Positions 49,421 through 61,850 of a stretch of 64,000 nucleotides of DNA are shown in pieces. The position numbers and the translations under genes are program-made. The notes below the pieces were generated by a model that worked only from the letters and a program-made list of their open reading frames with translations, was not told the DNA's origin and did no database searches. Each line of letters begins with the position of its first letter. The first letter of the stretch is position 1. This DNA comes from Leucoraja ocellata (taxonomy: Eukaryota): assembly GCA_036785375.1 (NCBI GenBank), contig JAWMAR010000082.1:2604001-2668000 (forward strand), read 5' to 3'.

Positions 49421-52400
49421 CAGACATGATGGGCCAAATAACCTAATTCTGCTCCTATGTCTTATGTTAGACCTAAATTAACCGCATCACTGACCTTCCA
49501 AACGCCTCCTCTGCTCTGCTCTCTAATACTTCCTTTGTCTTCACTCGTCCCACCTCCCTGTCCTATCCCTCCTTCCTTCCCTGGGCAGCAGCCTGGTACT
49601 AATGCCTATCACCTTCCCCTGTTTGCACCATCTCTCTCCAACCACCTCCTCCCCAATCCTCCGTTCCTCTCGTTTCCAAATGTTTCTTCTCACCTTTACT
49701 TCCTCAGAAGTCATGCTGAATTTTTAAATTCAGTTTATTTTGACAACAGTTCTACCACAAGACCGCAAGCAATTGCCAAAAGTTGAGGATTTAGTCCAAC
49801 ACGTAAACCTACCTCCCCCACCCCCCTCTCCCCATGACTTCCCCCACACCACACTGCCTTAGGAAAACATTCAACATCACCAAAGACTAATTATATCTGC
49901 ACTTTCTGTGTAACTAACAGTATAATACTCTAACATTCTACTTTGCAGTCTAGTCGTTTTTACAATGTGTTAACCATTGTACTTGTGTATGGCTTCATTG
50001 TACTTATGTATAGCATAATTTGACTGGATATCATGCACACAATGGTTTTCTCTGTACCTTGGTACACATGACCAAAATAAACCACCACCAATGCAGTCAG
50101 CCACCAGTAATAATAAGAAAATGCTAATTAGTTCTTGACGCTACATTGAGTAGTACTCATAAAAATCCCTTTTTGTCAAGATTCCTAACCATAAACCTTG
50201 TTGAATTACGGCACAATTGTATTTAAGTCACATATGGAATACTGTACTACTGCTGCCCTCTGATAAAAGCATTGTCACCTTTATAAAGAAGCACCGTTTA
50301 CAGAGTTACCCCCCCCCCCCCCCCAAAAATCATTTAGCAAACCCTTTTCTGAATTTGTTTGTTATTTTCCACAGTCACCATAACAAACTGCTAAGTATTT
50401 TAAAAACTGCTGGATAGGTCAGCAGACAATTGATTATACAACAATACAGCTCATTTCTGTTTTCTGTGATAAGGAGAGCCATATCTTTTCCCGAATGGCT
50501 CTCCAAGTACCTTTCACCAGTGATATTGATGAAAAGCTCCCATTTAGTGTGTGTCTCACGTCCTAGGTGCAGCTAAACATTGAGTCAATAAAGTACATTA
50601 GTTGTGGTAACATAATCCACTCAAAGTATGAGCTAATTGACTGGTATGATTGGCAGACATAAAGTGGTAAGGGAACAAGTATATCTTTCTGCAAAACATA
50701 ATATTGCTGAACTTTCCATTATTTCATTCCTTTATAGTGAACTTCAAAGCAAATTCTTTCACAATTAGAAATGTCTGTCCAGAGTATTTCAGTCCATTGT
50801 AAAACTTTTGATATTTCTAAGGATACCCTTCAAATTAAAGATATATAGCATTTGATTGCAGTGGTTTCATTTAAGCTGCAGTGAAGAACTACAGTGAAGA
50901 TCTTCCCCAGTGACTTCATAAATAATTGTAGCAAACAGATTTACAGGGAAGAGCTTGATCTTTGCAAAATGTGACAATTGAAATCCAAGCATCAGCCTCA
51001 GCTTTATTTTCACATGGAACCTATGTGTCATTGGAAGGATGACAATTTATTGCCCATCCATAATGGTCTCGGGGGAAATGGTGGAGCCCTTGTTATACAA
51101 GCAGTGTCAGATGGATAATCCGAGGAGTTTGGTTCAGCTGTGCAGTTTGCTGCCCCATTTCAGAACAGTCGACTAATTTACTGTTGGCCTCAAGTCACAT
51201 GCGAGCCCCACAAGATAATGATGGCAAATCTGCTTTCCTAAAAGACATCGTTGAACTGGATGGGTTTAATGACATTCCAGTAGATTCCTGTTCATTGGAC
51301 CTAGCTTTTCAAATTCCAGATTTTTATTATAGATTTCCCACCTGCCTTGGTGATATACAGAGGCCAGGGACACAGATTTGCCAACTTTCACTCACTGGAT
51401 GTCTGACATTAACATGGCATTTCCTACCCCAATGCATCCCTGAGCTCATTGGTGTTTATCGGGGCTGGGACGCACTGGCAAGCTCTGACAGAATAGAGGT
51501 TACAGAGGCACAAATTCTTACAGTGCACCAAAGGCAGGCCACAAGACGTCACGCGTGTTTGGAGGTTGCAACTAGTTCCCATGAACTTTGGACAGCTGGG
51601 AAATAATTTCTAGAGTGCATCAAGAGATCTGATAACTTTCCTTCCCTTTTGATAAGTTGAATTCTGGCATAAGTCCACAATCACATTTTGTGTTCTTTTT
51701 AACATTTACTAAACTTGTCTAATGTCTTAGACCCGAAGAACAACCTTTATAGTTTTAATTTTGGCTTTGTCCAGCATTGATCTCTGCAGTCTTGGAACCA
51801 AGTCTTTTCCGAAAAATTTTAAGCTTAAAAAAATCGAAAACCCTCTCTTGGGAGATGGGGGCAAAAGTTCAATATTCCCTGATTTGTACAGCCAGGACCT
51901 CAGCCCTTGTTCAAAATTCGGATTAAAAAGCTATAGTGTGCCCATGAAAGCAACACTTACAATTAATAGTGTGTATTACTATTTGCAAAGCAAATTATCT
52001 GGAACTAGAATGCAAGGTTTTAAATTTGTTAGGAATGATGTTCCCCTTTTATGTGGAAGCATACAACCATCTTAAAAAGGGTTCCTTAATAGTGCCAAAT
52101 GCCGTTTTAATAGCTAATGGTTTAATTGTTTTGATTGCTGTTGTGATATTGCCCAGTTAAATGTTCAAATAACATTCCATAGTATCTACTTAATTTATTT
52201 ACCTTTCAATTAGATTGATCAAACTAATCTCCTCATTTAAAAAAAACATTCTCTAAAGGAACTGACATTCCAGTCTCTAAGGAAAAAAGCAGTTTGGATC
52301 ATGCATTTGGTTTGAAGTGGAGTTGAAATCAATAAAAACACTAAAGAGACTATAAGATTGAGTAAAAATACAACCTTTTTCATGTGATCCTACGTGAAAT

Positions 52401-53269
52401 AGAAATCATGTTTAACATTTAGTAACATATATGAAAGTTTCTGCAATGACATTTCATGACATTTTAATGTAACTGCTATCTTATTTTTTAATATATTGCA
52501 TGTTTAATCAACATTATATTTGTGTGTCAAATGAATTACTGAGAGAAGGCACATTGGCCACTGGGATTATTGCCAAACATGGTGACAGATCAAGGATGAT
52601 ATGATTTTTGTAGTGATCCAAGAATCACATTATAATTGAAGTTATAAAAACAAGGCAAATCATGGCAACATAACATGCACATTAATAAAATTAGGTAATA
52701 AAAATGTGGAATCCAAGTAAATTATCTAGATTTATTAGCTTCAAATTAATTAAATGCCATTATTTTACTTTGGATATATAGATTATATATTACTATTAGT
52801 TTAGTTCCTATTCATTTATTTTTGGTATCAATTAGTTATAGTTTAACATAAATGTAATATGACCAAGAATATACAAATTAAATCATATCTGTAAAGTGTT
52901 TTTCAAATAGATAACCACTGTGACAATGTGATACAGAAAACAAACATCCTTGAGTTGACGACCTTTTTTTTTTAAAGCTTGTGTCCACTGACCATATCCC
53001 TAACCAGAAGTTACAGTATTAACTTTGGTCCTTGAGGGATCTCCAAAACCCACAGGTTTTTGTTCCAATCAGTAAATAATTGCTTCTGATAAAATCCATT
53101 TGTTTGCACTCTCACTGAAGTCTGGAGTGTGTATGAACTAGTGCATTTAGCAATAGGGTGTTTGCATTGCGCACATCAAAATTAACTATCATGTGCTAGT
53201 TTGATTGAAAACGTGGATTGCAAAATATCACCATAGACCAAAGCAGAGTCTGGCTTAAAAATTGAATAG

Positions 53270-54390
53270 GATGGAACTGCAGGTGCTAGTTTACACCGAA
53301 GATAGACACAAAATGCTGGAGTAACTCAGTGGGGACAGGCAGCATCAAAGATCTTAGAGCAGAGCAAGATAGGCCACTCCTGCGAAATACAATGGGCTGA
53401 TGTGTAGTATGCTACGGAGGGGATCCTGGGCATTTTTCACTGCCCATTTTAATAACCAGAGCCTACCTGACCCGACCCGACTCACAGTGTAATCAATGTT
53501 GCGGGGCAACAGTTTCTGTGTGTGATATGGGGTTAGATTCATAATTCTGTCAGTTCATACTTCTTGTCAAGAATACAATTTGACTCTGGTAATTGACTTT
53601 TTTAATGTTTTTTAAATCATTTCTTTTTAAATGGCTCACAAGCAATGTTTGAGTTGATTTTGTAGTAACCGGAACCGACCCGACTCGCAGGGTAATTGAC
53701 ATTGCGGGGAAAGTTTTTGTGTGTGATATAGGGTTAGATTCATAATTCTGTTAGTTCATAATTCTGTTAATTCTTGTTAAAGAATAAAATGTTTATAAAC
53801 ACACATACATGAATGTGATATAAATGTATATAATCATATAACACACAATTATATTTCTTCTGATCCAATGATGAACTTTATTTCAGACTAGACAAGGGAC
53901 ATTAAATAAGAAACATTGTAAACCTCCCCGCAACTTCACACACACTAGGCCTTATCCCCACCCCTCAACTCTCCCCCCCCCCCGGCACTCCCTCGCCTGC
54001 CCCCACACTACAATGTCTCCCCCCCTCCTATGCCCCTCTCCCCGCTACCCCGGGCCGCACACTCCCTCATCCCCGCTGCCCCATGCCCCACACTGCCTCT
54101 CCCCGAGCCGCGCACCCCCTCTCCCGCTTCCCCGGGCCCCACACTCCCTCTGTTGCTAAAATGGGTCCTATAATCACCCATGAATCTGCCCATGAGCGTA
54201 CTACGCGTTTGCGTGAGAGTAACCCATCTTGCTCTGCTCTAAGATCTTTGGGCATCATCTCTGGATAGAAGGCTGAGACTCTTCTTCTAAGGGTCTTGAC
54301 CCAAAACATCACCCATTCCTTCTGTCCAGGTATACTGCCTATCCCGCTGAGTAACTGTATCTTATGGGTTAAAAATGAGTTGTCTATCTT
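53270..54390. mobile_element. Fold-back Penelope-terminus element split by a DNA transposon
   Basis: Left arm 53272-53345 continues at 54259. TGGCTTAAAAATT at 53251-63 and 54392-404. Confidence 0.7.
53346..54250. mobile_element. Non-autonomous TIR DNA transposon (hAT- or P-type)
   Basis: Perfect 25-bp TIR CAAAGATCTTAGAGCAGAGCAAGAT (53346-70 / 54226-50). 8-bp TSD GGCAGCAT / GGCATCAT. Internal direct repeat (~53468-53555 vs ~53675-53760) and a C-rich tract. No ORF. Confidence 0.88.
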
Positions 54391-55989
54391 ATGGCTTAAA
54401 AATTAATTTGTGCAACACAAAGGAAAATGGTGTTGTGCAACACCAACCAATTTTAATCACAGTTCTTAGAGGGTTAAAGGCAGTAGTTAATGTTATGATT
54501 TTTTTGATGGAAAACACCTAGTGTGTCTAGCATGTTTTCTGATGACTGGCTTACCCAAACAACATCAACACTTGTCCAAAACCCAGAACTAGTTTCTTGC
54601 CTGTTTGTTAACCACATTGGTCTAAATGATGGTATTGTTCACTAAAGAAGAACCAGTTCTTTGTAATGCTGGAGGCTAAAACTAATTAGTATCAAAGGTT
54701 TCAGGCGCATCTCTCCTGCAGTTGATAGTAGAGCTGCCAAAGAAGGTTCAAATGGGCTGACACAGTCCACAAATAGGATCCCAGTCACCCCAGCCACCGT
54801 CAGCAGATTTCCGCTCAAAAGCAAGCACCCGGAAAAAATGCCAGAACAAAAAGAAAATCCAGCAAAAAGTCACGATAGTCTGATTTTCATCTGGACAGAA
54901 ATATGGTAAACATTGGAGAAAGATATCTGACAAAAAAACTCAGAAGGATGTTGCCAAATTGGTGCCTGTCAGAGCACAAGAGTCTCTGTAAATGCCCTGC
55001 ACTTTGTGGAGTCCTACACTCCAGCATTATAAAGTCACATTCACCAAAGAGATGGTTTTCCATTTATCTAGTATTTCTTGACTTCCCTAATTCAGCGGGG
55101 AACAAAGTGCCAGATCTGGAATTTCTCAGCAGAGACACTGTAAAGACCACAGGGCAAGGTTTCTGAAATAAGGGTGACTTTCAGTTCAAGAATAGTGAAG
55201 GCATGGGTTTAATAGACATTTGTGGTCTGCTAACTATTGCATGAAAGAGGTATGCGGAAACCAACTGCTTAAATGTCACATGGGGAAGCTTGCTGGTGTA
55301 GTTTGGAGCTGACACAAATGAATTTCATGATTTCTCCTTAAAACTTAAAAAGAAAATTGCTTCAGACAGCACCCGAGGTCGGGATTGAACCCAGGGCTTT
55401 GGGACTGTGAGGCAGTGGCTCTCGCAGCTTGAGCACTCTGCTGACAGTCTCCTCCGCTCCAAAGAAAGTTTAAAGAAATCTCTCCCCATAACCAATATCG
55501 TCCTCTACATATACCAAAATCTACCAAATGTCATTTATCGCTTCCTTTGTCAATTGTCTCATCTTTTGAGTTACTCTTTGTCATTTCCATTTGTAATTTC
55601 ACCTTTTATAATTTGGTTCCAACAACAAACGCACACATCACTATGACATTCAAAGCACTCAGACCCTTGCTCCAGCCACATGCTGAGACCCAGGCTCAGT
55701 CACACAGCAGCACATGTGATCTACGTCCTTACTGAGGTCAAGTCTGAGCAACACAACGTCACGAGACCTCGCCCTTCCTGAAATTCAGTCTCAGAGACAC
55801 GCAGCATCGTGTGCGTGGCTCAAACTTGCACTGCGGACCCTTGCTCTTTGAAGCTGTCATTGCTTTTGGTTTCCCCTCTAGTCTCTTACCCTTCTAGATC
55901 TTCAGTCTGATACAAACAGACTCAATTTTTCAACTTGCTCTGAATTTGTAACAACCTGGTATTTTGTCTTATTTAACATTTCTTATTTC

Positions 55990-56560
55990 CTAGCATTTAT
56001 TTCAAGAATACAAAAACAGGGATGCAATGCCGAGGCTCTATGAGGCGCTGGTCAGGCTGCATTTGGAGTATTGTGAATAATTTTGGGCACCATATCTGAG
56101 GAAGGATGTGCTGGCTCTGGAAAGGGTCCAGAGGAGGTTTACAAGAAAGATCCCAGGAATGAGTGGGTTAACATATGATGAATGTTTGATGTCACTGGGC
56201 CTGCATTCTGACCCTAGAAGAATGAGGGGGGACCTCATTACAATGTACAGAATAGTGAAATACTTGGATAGAGTGGATGTGAAGAGGATGGTTCCACTAG
56301 TGGGAGAGTCTAGGGCTAGAGGTCATACTCAGAATTATAGGACGTTCCTTTAGGAACGCGATGAGAAGGAATTTAGTCAGTGGTGAATCTGTGGAATGGA
56401 TATTTTTAAAGCAGAGATAGATAAGATTCCTGATTAGCATGGGTGTCAGGGGTTATGGGGAAATGGCAGAAGAATGGGGTTAGGAGGAAGAGATGGATCA
56501 GCCATGAATGAATGGCAGAGTAGACTTAATGGGCCAAATGGCCTAATTCTGGTCCTATTA
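55990..56560 (+). mobile_element. CR1-clade LINE 3' fragment
   Basis: LYEALVRLHLEYC...LERVQRRFTRKIPGMSGLTY, then the GGGCCAAATGGCCTAATTCTG tail. Confidence 0.9.
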
Positions 56561-57269
56561 CATGACCGTATGCTAGCTTTGTCATTAGAATTGCTAAAGA
56601 GGGCAGGGTGCTGTTGTTTAGTGAACTGACTTCCACCTTGCAAAGACTTCCAGTCTGACATTTCCTGCTACCCTCTCTTGGATTATGGGCCTTCCACTGA
56701 ACATCAAGCCACCATTTCCCAGAGTTCCATGACCTCATCCCACTTTCTTCCCACGTACGTCCTTCCTTTAATCGATTAACCGGATTGTGCTGTGGAACAC
56801 TTGTCTCAGCCTGTTCCTGAGCAAGAACAGAAGAGGTTGGGTGTGCCGTCTCTTGCAGATGATGAAGTCACACAGAGTTCAGAAGGGTATATCGTGCCCA
56901 GTGGAAGATGGGCTGCCTTACAGAAATCATGCAAGTGGTGAAGGACAGAGAAGTAAGTGCAGCTAGGAATGAGACAGGGAATTAAAGTGGTAGGGTATTA
57001 GTAACCCAAAGCCATGATGTAAACTGCAGCAAGTTGCAGGCAGTACTACTTTTGAAAACCTTTAATTCTTCATTGATTTAGAGCACCTACTTTCAGAAAT
57101 GTTCAATGAATATTACAAATCAGTCCCACGCAAAGATGTGCTCAAACATTCTCAACCTGTGGGTCCCCAAAACATCATGTATTCGGTCGTAGACTCATTA
57201 TCATGCAGTAAGATCTAAGATGTTTACGTAGATATTTAAAAAATGCAGGCAATTGTTCAAAAATATTAG

Positions 57270-58180
57270 AAGCTTGGAAAGTTGAGATTGTCTGGTCAAT
57301 CACCCCAACTCCAGGACACTGCTGGAGTACCTCAAGACTATCTACTAGGTCCAACGGTCTTCAGTTGCTTCAATGATCTTCCGCTCAGCACCAGATCAGA
57401 AGTGGAGGATTTTTCTGATGATGCACAATGTGCAACTTGTCAGCAGATGAAGCAGTCAAAACCTGGAGAGCATTCAAGTATGAGCTGATGTCGAATACGT
57501 AACATCTGTGCTACAAAATTGCCAGGCGATCCCAATCTGTAGCAAATGTGTGTCTATATACCTACTGACATAACCATCGAGTTCTACACCATCTATTTCC
57601 TGGGGGTGTCAGGTCACCACTGACCGGCAACATTAATGGACCGGCAACATGAACACTGCAGTCATTTTCAAGTCAGAGTCAAGGTATCCTGTAACAATAC
57701 CTCAATGTCCAATAGTATTCATGTCCTTTGCTCCATTTGGATTGCACATTTCATGAGAGTGATGGAGTACCCTCCACTTGCCTAGATGACTACAGATCCA
57801 ATAACACTCATGAATCTTGCACCATCCTGGACAAAGCAGCCTGCTTGATACACCCTGGACACCACCCGACATATTAATTTCCTTTACTACCAGGGCACTG
57901 CATGTACACCACCAAGAAAAATCATTGCGGTTACCCAACTCAACTACTTCAGGCCTCTCAAGCCCGGGAGATCTTGCGGCAAGGAGTTCAGTCGGCTCCA
58001 GGAAATGCCACCATGTGCAGTTTCCGCTGTTGGTAATAATCTATCCTGACTGGCAAATACATCACCATTACGTTACTGGCGATGGGTCAAAATCCTGCAC
58101 CTTTCAAGAGCATGATGGCACCATCATATTCGGAGGTGGCTCATCACCTCCTTCTCAAGATCAATCAGGGATGGTCAGCA
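57270..58180 (+). mobile_element. Ancient CR1/L2-type LINE RT to 3' fragment
   Basis: GQSPQLQDTAGVPQDYLLGPTVFSCFNDLP..RSEVEDFSDD (RT motifs GVPQGSVLGP/FADD). Confidence 0.75.
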
Positions 58181-58829
58181 GGCAACTCCTGTTGGAATAT
58201 CTACTTGGAATACACTTGGAATATCTACAGTGGAGAACGAGTCTCAGAAAGGGGGGGAGGGGGCAAAAAGGAAGAAGTGAAAGGAGAGAGAAAAGGTGAG
58301 AGGAGAGAGGGAACCATTGGCAGTACAGAGCAGAGCAAAAGAGAAAGCACGGAATAAGCGCTAAGAAGAGAGAGTTAGTTAAGAGATGGAATTAATCGTA
58401 GTTTATTTTTATTGGTCAACAGCTCAGGTGCTAAAGAAAATAATGTGCTCATCAGTGCACATGTGCTGAGTTTGGTGTGTTAAAACAACAAGTGCAAAAG
58501 AGAGGATATTAAATCATCTACTCAGGTACTTAACAAAGCCTATAGGTTTCCAAAAGGGTTCACTCCCTCAGTTGAAGCATGTTATGGATCCACAAATGTG
58601 AAAAAAGTAGAAAACGGCATTAGTAACATTACGCTAAATAAACTAACATGATACTGAATTCTTTTTTTTTAAAAGATGAAAGCAGTGTGGAATAACAGTT
58701 TTTACAGTTGCAAGAACAGGTTATGGGTTGCCTGGAGCATCAATAAATTGATCCTCTGCTTCAAACAATGGGAGTCTTGAATCTTTAATTATAGATAGTT
58801 GCAATCTTTGATTATAGATAGTTGCTTAC

Positions 58830-59192
58830 AATCTCTCCTGCCTGGTTTGCAATTTGTTTAGGTTGGATTTTAGAAACTGGATTTACAAACACCCCGGTGA
58901 TATACGGGGCCGTGCATCGCCCGACGGGGCCTAAAATGGTCGTGGGACTTACCATCGCCAGCCTGGGGCTTCAACATCGGGCTTCAACATCAGGAGAAAA
59001 ATCGAGAGCAGGGGAGAGAAAATACTTTGCCTTCCATCACAGTGAGGAGGAGGTTCACTGTGATGGATGTTTGTGTGAATTGGTTGTGTGTCTAGTAGGG
59101 ATCATTTTTGTTTGTATGGCTGTAGAAATTTTCGTTTTGAGTTTCGTTTGAGCCTCACTGAGGTTCACTTGACAATAAATATTGTATTGTAC
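58830..59192 (+). mobile_element. Related non-autonomous retroposon
   Basis: GCCTTCCATCACAGTGAGGA block, GCTTCAACATC repeats, TGACAATAAA(TATTG)n tail. Confidence 0.55.
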
Positions 59193-59869
59193 AGAACTTC
59201 TGACGAGTTGAACTGCAAAGAAGCCCCAAAGCTGAATTAAAGAATTAGAACTGCAGCATGAAAGGATTGATGGTGAAGAGAGGGAAACAATATTTGCAAT
59301 TCTGATTGGGCGCAAAGTGAAGGGCCTTGTTTTAGGAGGGCACATGCACTCCCACAACAAAGGAGTCAGGCAATCTGTACAGTGTTTAAGGGTTAAAACA
59401 AATCTGTTCATGGCAGAATAAAATGTTGCTGCATATAATTTTAAATCAGCTCTGAATGAAAGGGCTGAAATGTTGCAAGTTATTAATATTTTTGGAACAG
59501 TTTTTCTTTCAATTCCATTCCAGTCCTACACCGGCACTCAAACAAGAATGTTAATCCCTGCACGGTTTCTCTTCAATCAGCTTTTACAGTCCTGTCAAAA
59601 TGTAATTGTGCACACAGATGAATGACAATCCCTGGGAAATGTAAAGTAATCTTATCAAAAGGTTGAGTAATTTCTGCATCTGTCTTACATGTTGCAAAAT
59701 TTAAATACACAAGTCACTCCTAATGTGCTTATGTTAATGGAGATCTGTGGCACCTACATCGTTGTAGGTTATAATTCAAAAATACTGCAATTTGTTTCAC
59801 ATCCATTTTGGGATGGCAGGGGAGGATTTGGAAATGAGTGTCAGCCTAAGCCTACAGTCCATCACATAC

Positions 59870-60654
59870 CTGAGTCATCTTGGCAAGGTCAAGGGACGGC
59901 CTTTGTTCTTCCGGGCGCCGACGCTTCATCCCAACTTTCTGATCGTTGTGGACGCACGGCTGGGACCTGCATCGGAGTAGGCGGCTGGCCTGCTGCGCGT
60001 GGTCTGAGACTGGGGCAGTTGCTGCATTAGTGGACGGCTTGCCGTGCTCCAGCACAGATATCTGCTCGTGAGACGCGGAAAGGGGCCGCAGCAGATCGAC
60101 CCTGGATGCCACGCCCAAACTGGAATCGGGGTGCAAGTCATCCTCAAGCCTTCCACAAGCGGGCGGGGTCCAGAAGCCCTGACCCCGAGGGCACGCTGAT
60201 CTCTTGCTGGTTGCCAAGGGTTCCCATGGAAAAGATAAGACGTTGGATCTTGAAGGCAGACTAAAACTGGAACTCCTCTGCATTGTAGACACCCCGTTCG
60301 AAAAATGTTGCACGCTGCTCCCACTGTGGCAGCGCCGTTTGTCTACTGGAGTCCACACCTTTGACCCACTAGGTTTCCAGGGGGATCGACAGCTGGAGAG
60401 CTCATCTGAAAATGAGAGCGACCTGCACTGCCGCTTGCTGGGAGGTGCCGATGGGTTGCTGTTACAGTCACTGAGGCTGAGGTCTTTGATCAAACTGGTC
60501 ACAGCAGACGTTGTACTTGCATCACTTGGCCAGACTGCATTCTCCTGATACTCATCTGAGCCAGTCAAACAAGTCCAAGGTGGATCCAGATTACTGGTAG
60601 TTTGCTCAAGGTCAATTTGACACTTCCTGTTGAGGTCTTTCCACCGATCACCCT
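59870..60654 (-). CDS. FAM53B: FAM53B large penultimate coding exon (785 bp)
   Basis: Translates (E)GDRWKDLNRKCQIDLEQ...SAVTSLIKDLSLSDCNSNPSAPPSKRQCRSLSFSDELSSCRSPWKPSGSKVWTPVDKRRCHSG...RSQPCVHNDQKVGMKRRRPEEQRPSLDLAKMTQ, matching the FAM53B motifs I recall. Donor CAG|GTATGT at 59870/59869 (phase 0). Acceptor aaaaag|AG at 60655/60654 (phase 1), with an in-frame TAA just upstream. Confidence 0.95.
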
Positions 60655-60899
60655 CTTTTTATTCCAAACAAACAAAACAAAAAGGTTTCATTAGACACTA
60701 CCCAAGATTCCACTGTATGGATTAGTTCTTAAGGAAAGAAACATTATAAATGGATTGGTATATCATCATTTCTATCTACTGTCTAAATAAAAGTTATGGC
60801 CATCAAATGTCCCAACCAAATAGGGGATGTGGCTTGTGGGAGCACAGGTGGAAAGATACACAGGTCAAACAATGTAGCAGTCAAAATGTAATTTAAAAA

Positions 60900-61021
60900 A
60901 GGAACTGCAGATGCTAGTTTATATGAAAGATAGACACAAAATGTTGGAGTAACTCAGGGGGTCAGGCAGAATCTCTGGAGAAAATGGATAGGTGACATTT
61001 CGTGCTGGGATCTTCTTCGGA
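60900..61021 (-). mobile_element. Monomeric Penelope-terminus short element
   Basis: AGGAACTGCAGATGCT...AGACACAAAATGTTGGAGTAACTCAG...TCTTCTTCGGA. Confidence 0.75.
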
Positions 61022-61509
61022 TGTTTTAGCAGCCTGTGTTTTAAAAGTCAATAATGTACATAACGGACATGACATCAATGTGTACATAATTACTTGAGAT
61101 CGCACTATTGATGTACATTCAGGCACCACTAATTAATAGTACAATTCAGTCTTACAAGATGCCAGTCAATGGTAAATACAGGCACTTTCAAAAGTCCATG
61201 TTTGGTTTCATTTGTCCCCCCCCTTCTGAACTTGAAGCTTCATTGGTCCCCTCGACAGCCCATTCCCTTTGATATCCTATCTGACATCCTGTGGACCCCT
61301 GACCTATCTCCCGCACTCTGATCTAATCCTGATATGATCCTTTGTCCTTGCTCCCTCCCCTTCAATTTCCTCTTATTGTCCAATCACCTGCTAGCTCCCG
61401 CCAACCATTCCCCACCCCCACCCTGCGCCTAATCCTCACTTTTCACTTCCTTCACTCTCGTTGTCCGTCCTGCATAGGTGCCAATATTCTTGCTGTCAGA
61501 CACATCGGA

Positions 61510-61850
61510 GTCAGACACATCAGCACAAAAGTCCAGGCTGATGCTTCAGGAGGAGCTGCATTGCCAAAAGTGCCGGCTTTCAGATAAAATGCTAACCTGA
61601 GCATCCCAGATGGCCATGATCCTATGGCACTACATTAAAGAAGAACAAGGGCGTGATCACCATTTGACCAATTATCTCCCATGTCCTGACGAATATTTAT
61701 CCCTCAACAAACTAAAGAAAGAGTTTCTGTTCATTACCGCTCGGATGTTTGTTGAGTTTGCTCTGCAAAAATGACTACCATATTTCCAAACCGTAACAGT
61801 GGCTACATCTCAAGTTTTTCACTGGTTGTGAAATGCTTCCGGATACACCA
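61510..61850 (+). mobile_element. Ancient Deu-domain SINE (SacSINE1/LF-SINE/AmnSINE-related)
   Basis: GCTGCATTGCCAAAAGTGCCGGCTTTCAGAT...GATCCTATGGCACTA..AAGAAGAACAAGGG..GTCCTGACGAATATTTATCCCTCAAC..AACAGTGGCTACA matches the Deu-domain consensus as recalled. Confidence 0.7.

Larger units (their letters stand above)
13648..59869 (-). other. FAM53B: FAM53B last intron (~46.2 kb, GT-AG)
   Basis: Bounded by GTATGT donor and TTCCAG acceptor. Phases match and joining gives a continuous FAM53B frame (...KMTQ|NLRNF...). Confidence 0.85.

Noticed and set aside
59689-60548. Overlapping ORFs on + and alternate frames over the FAM53B exon (also 13350-13832)
   Set aside because: Shadow ORFs of GC-richer coding sequence
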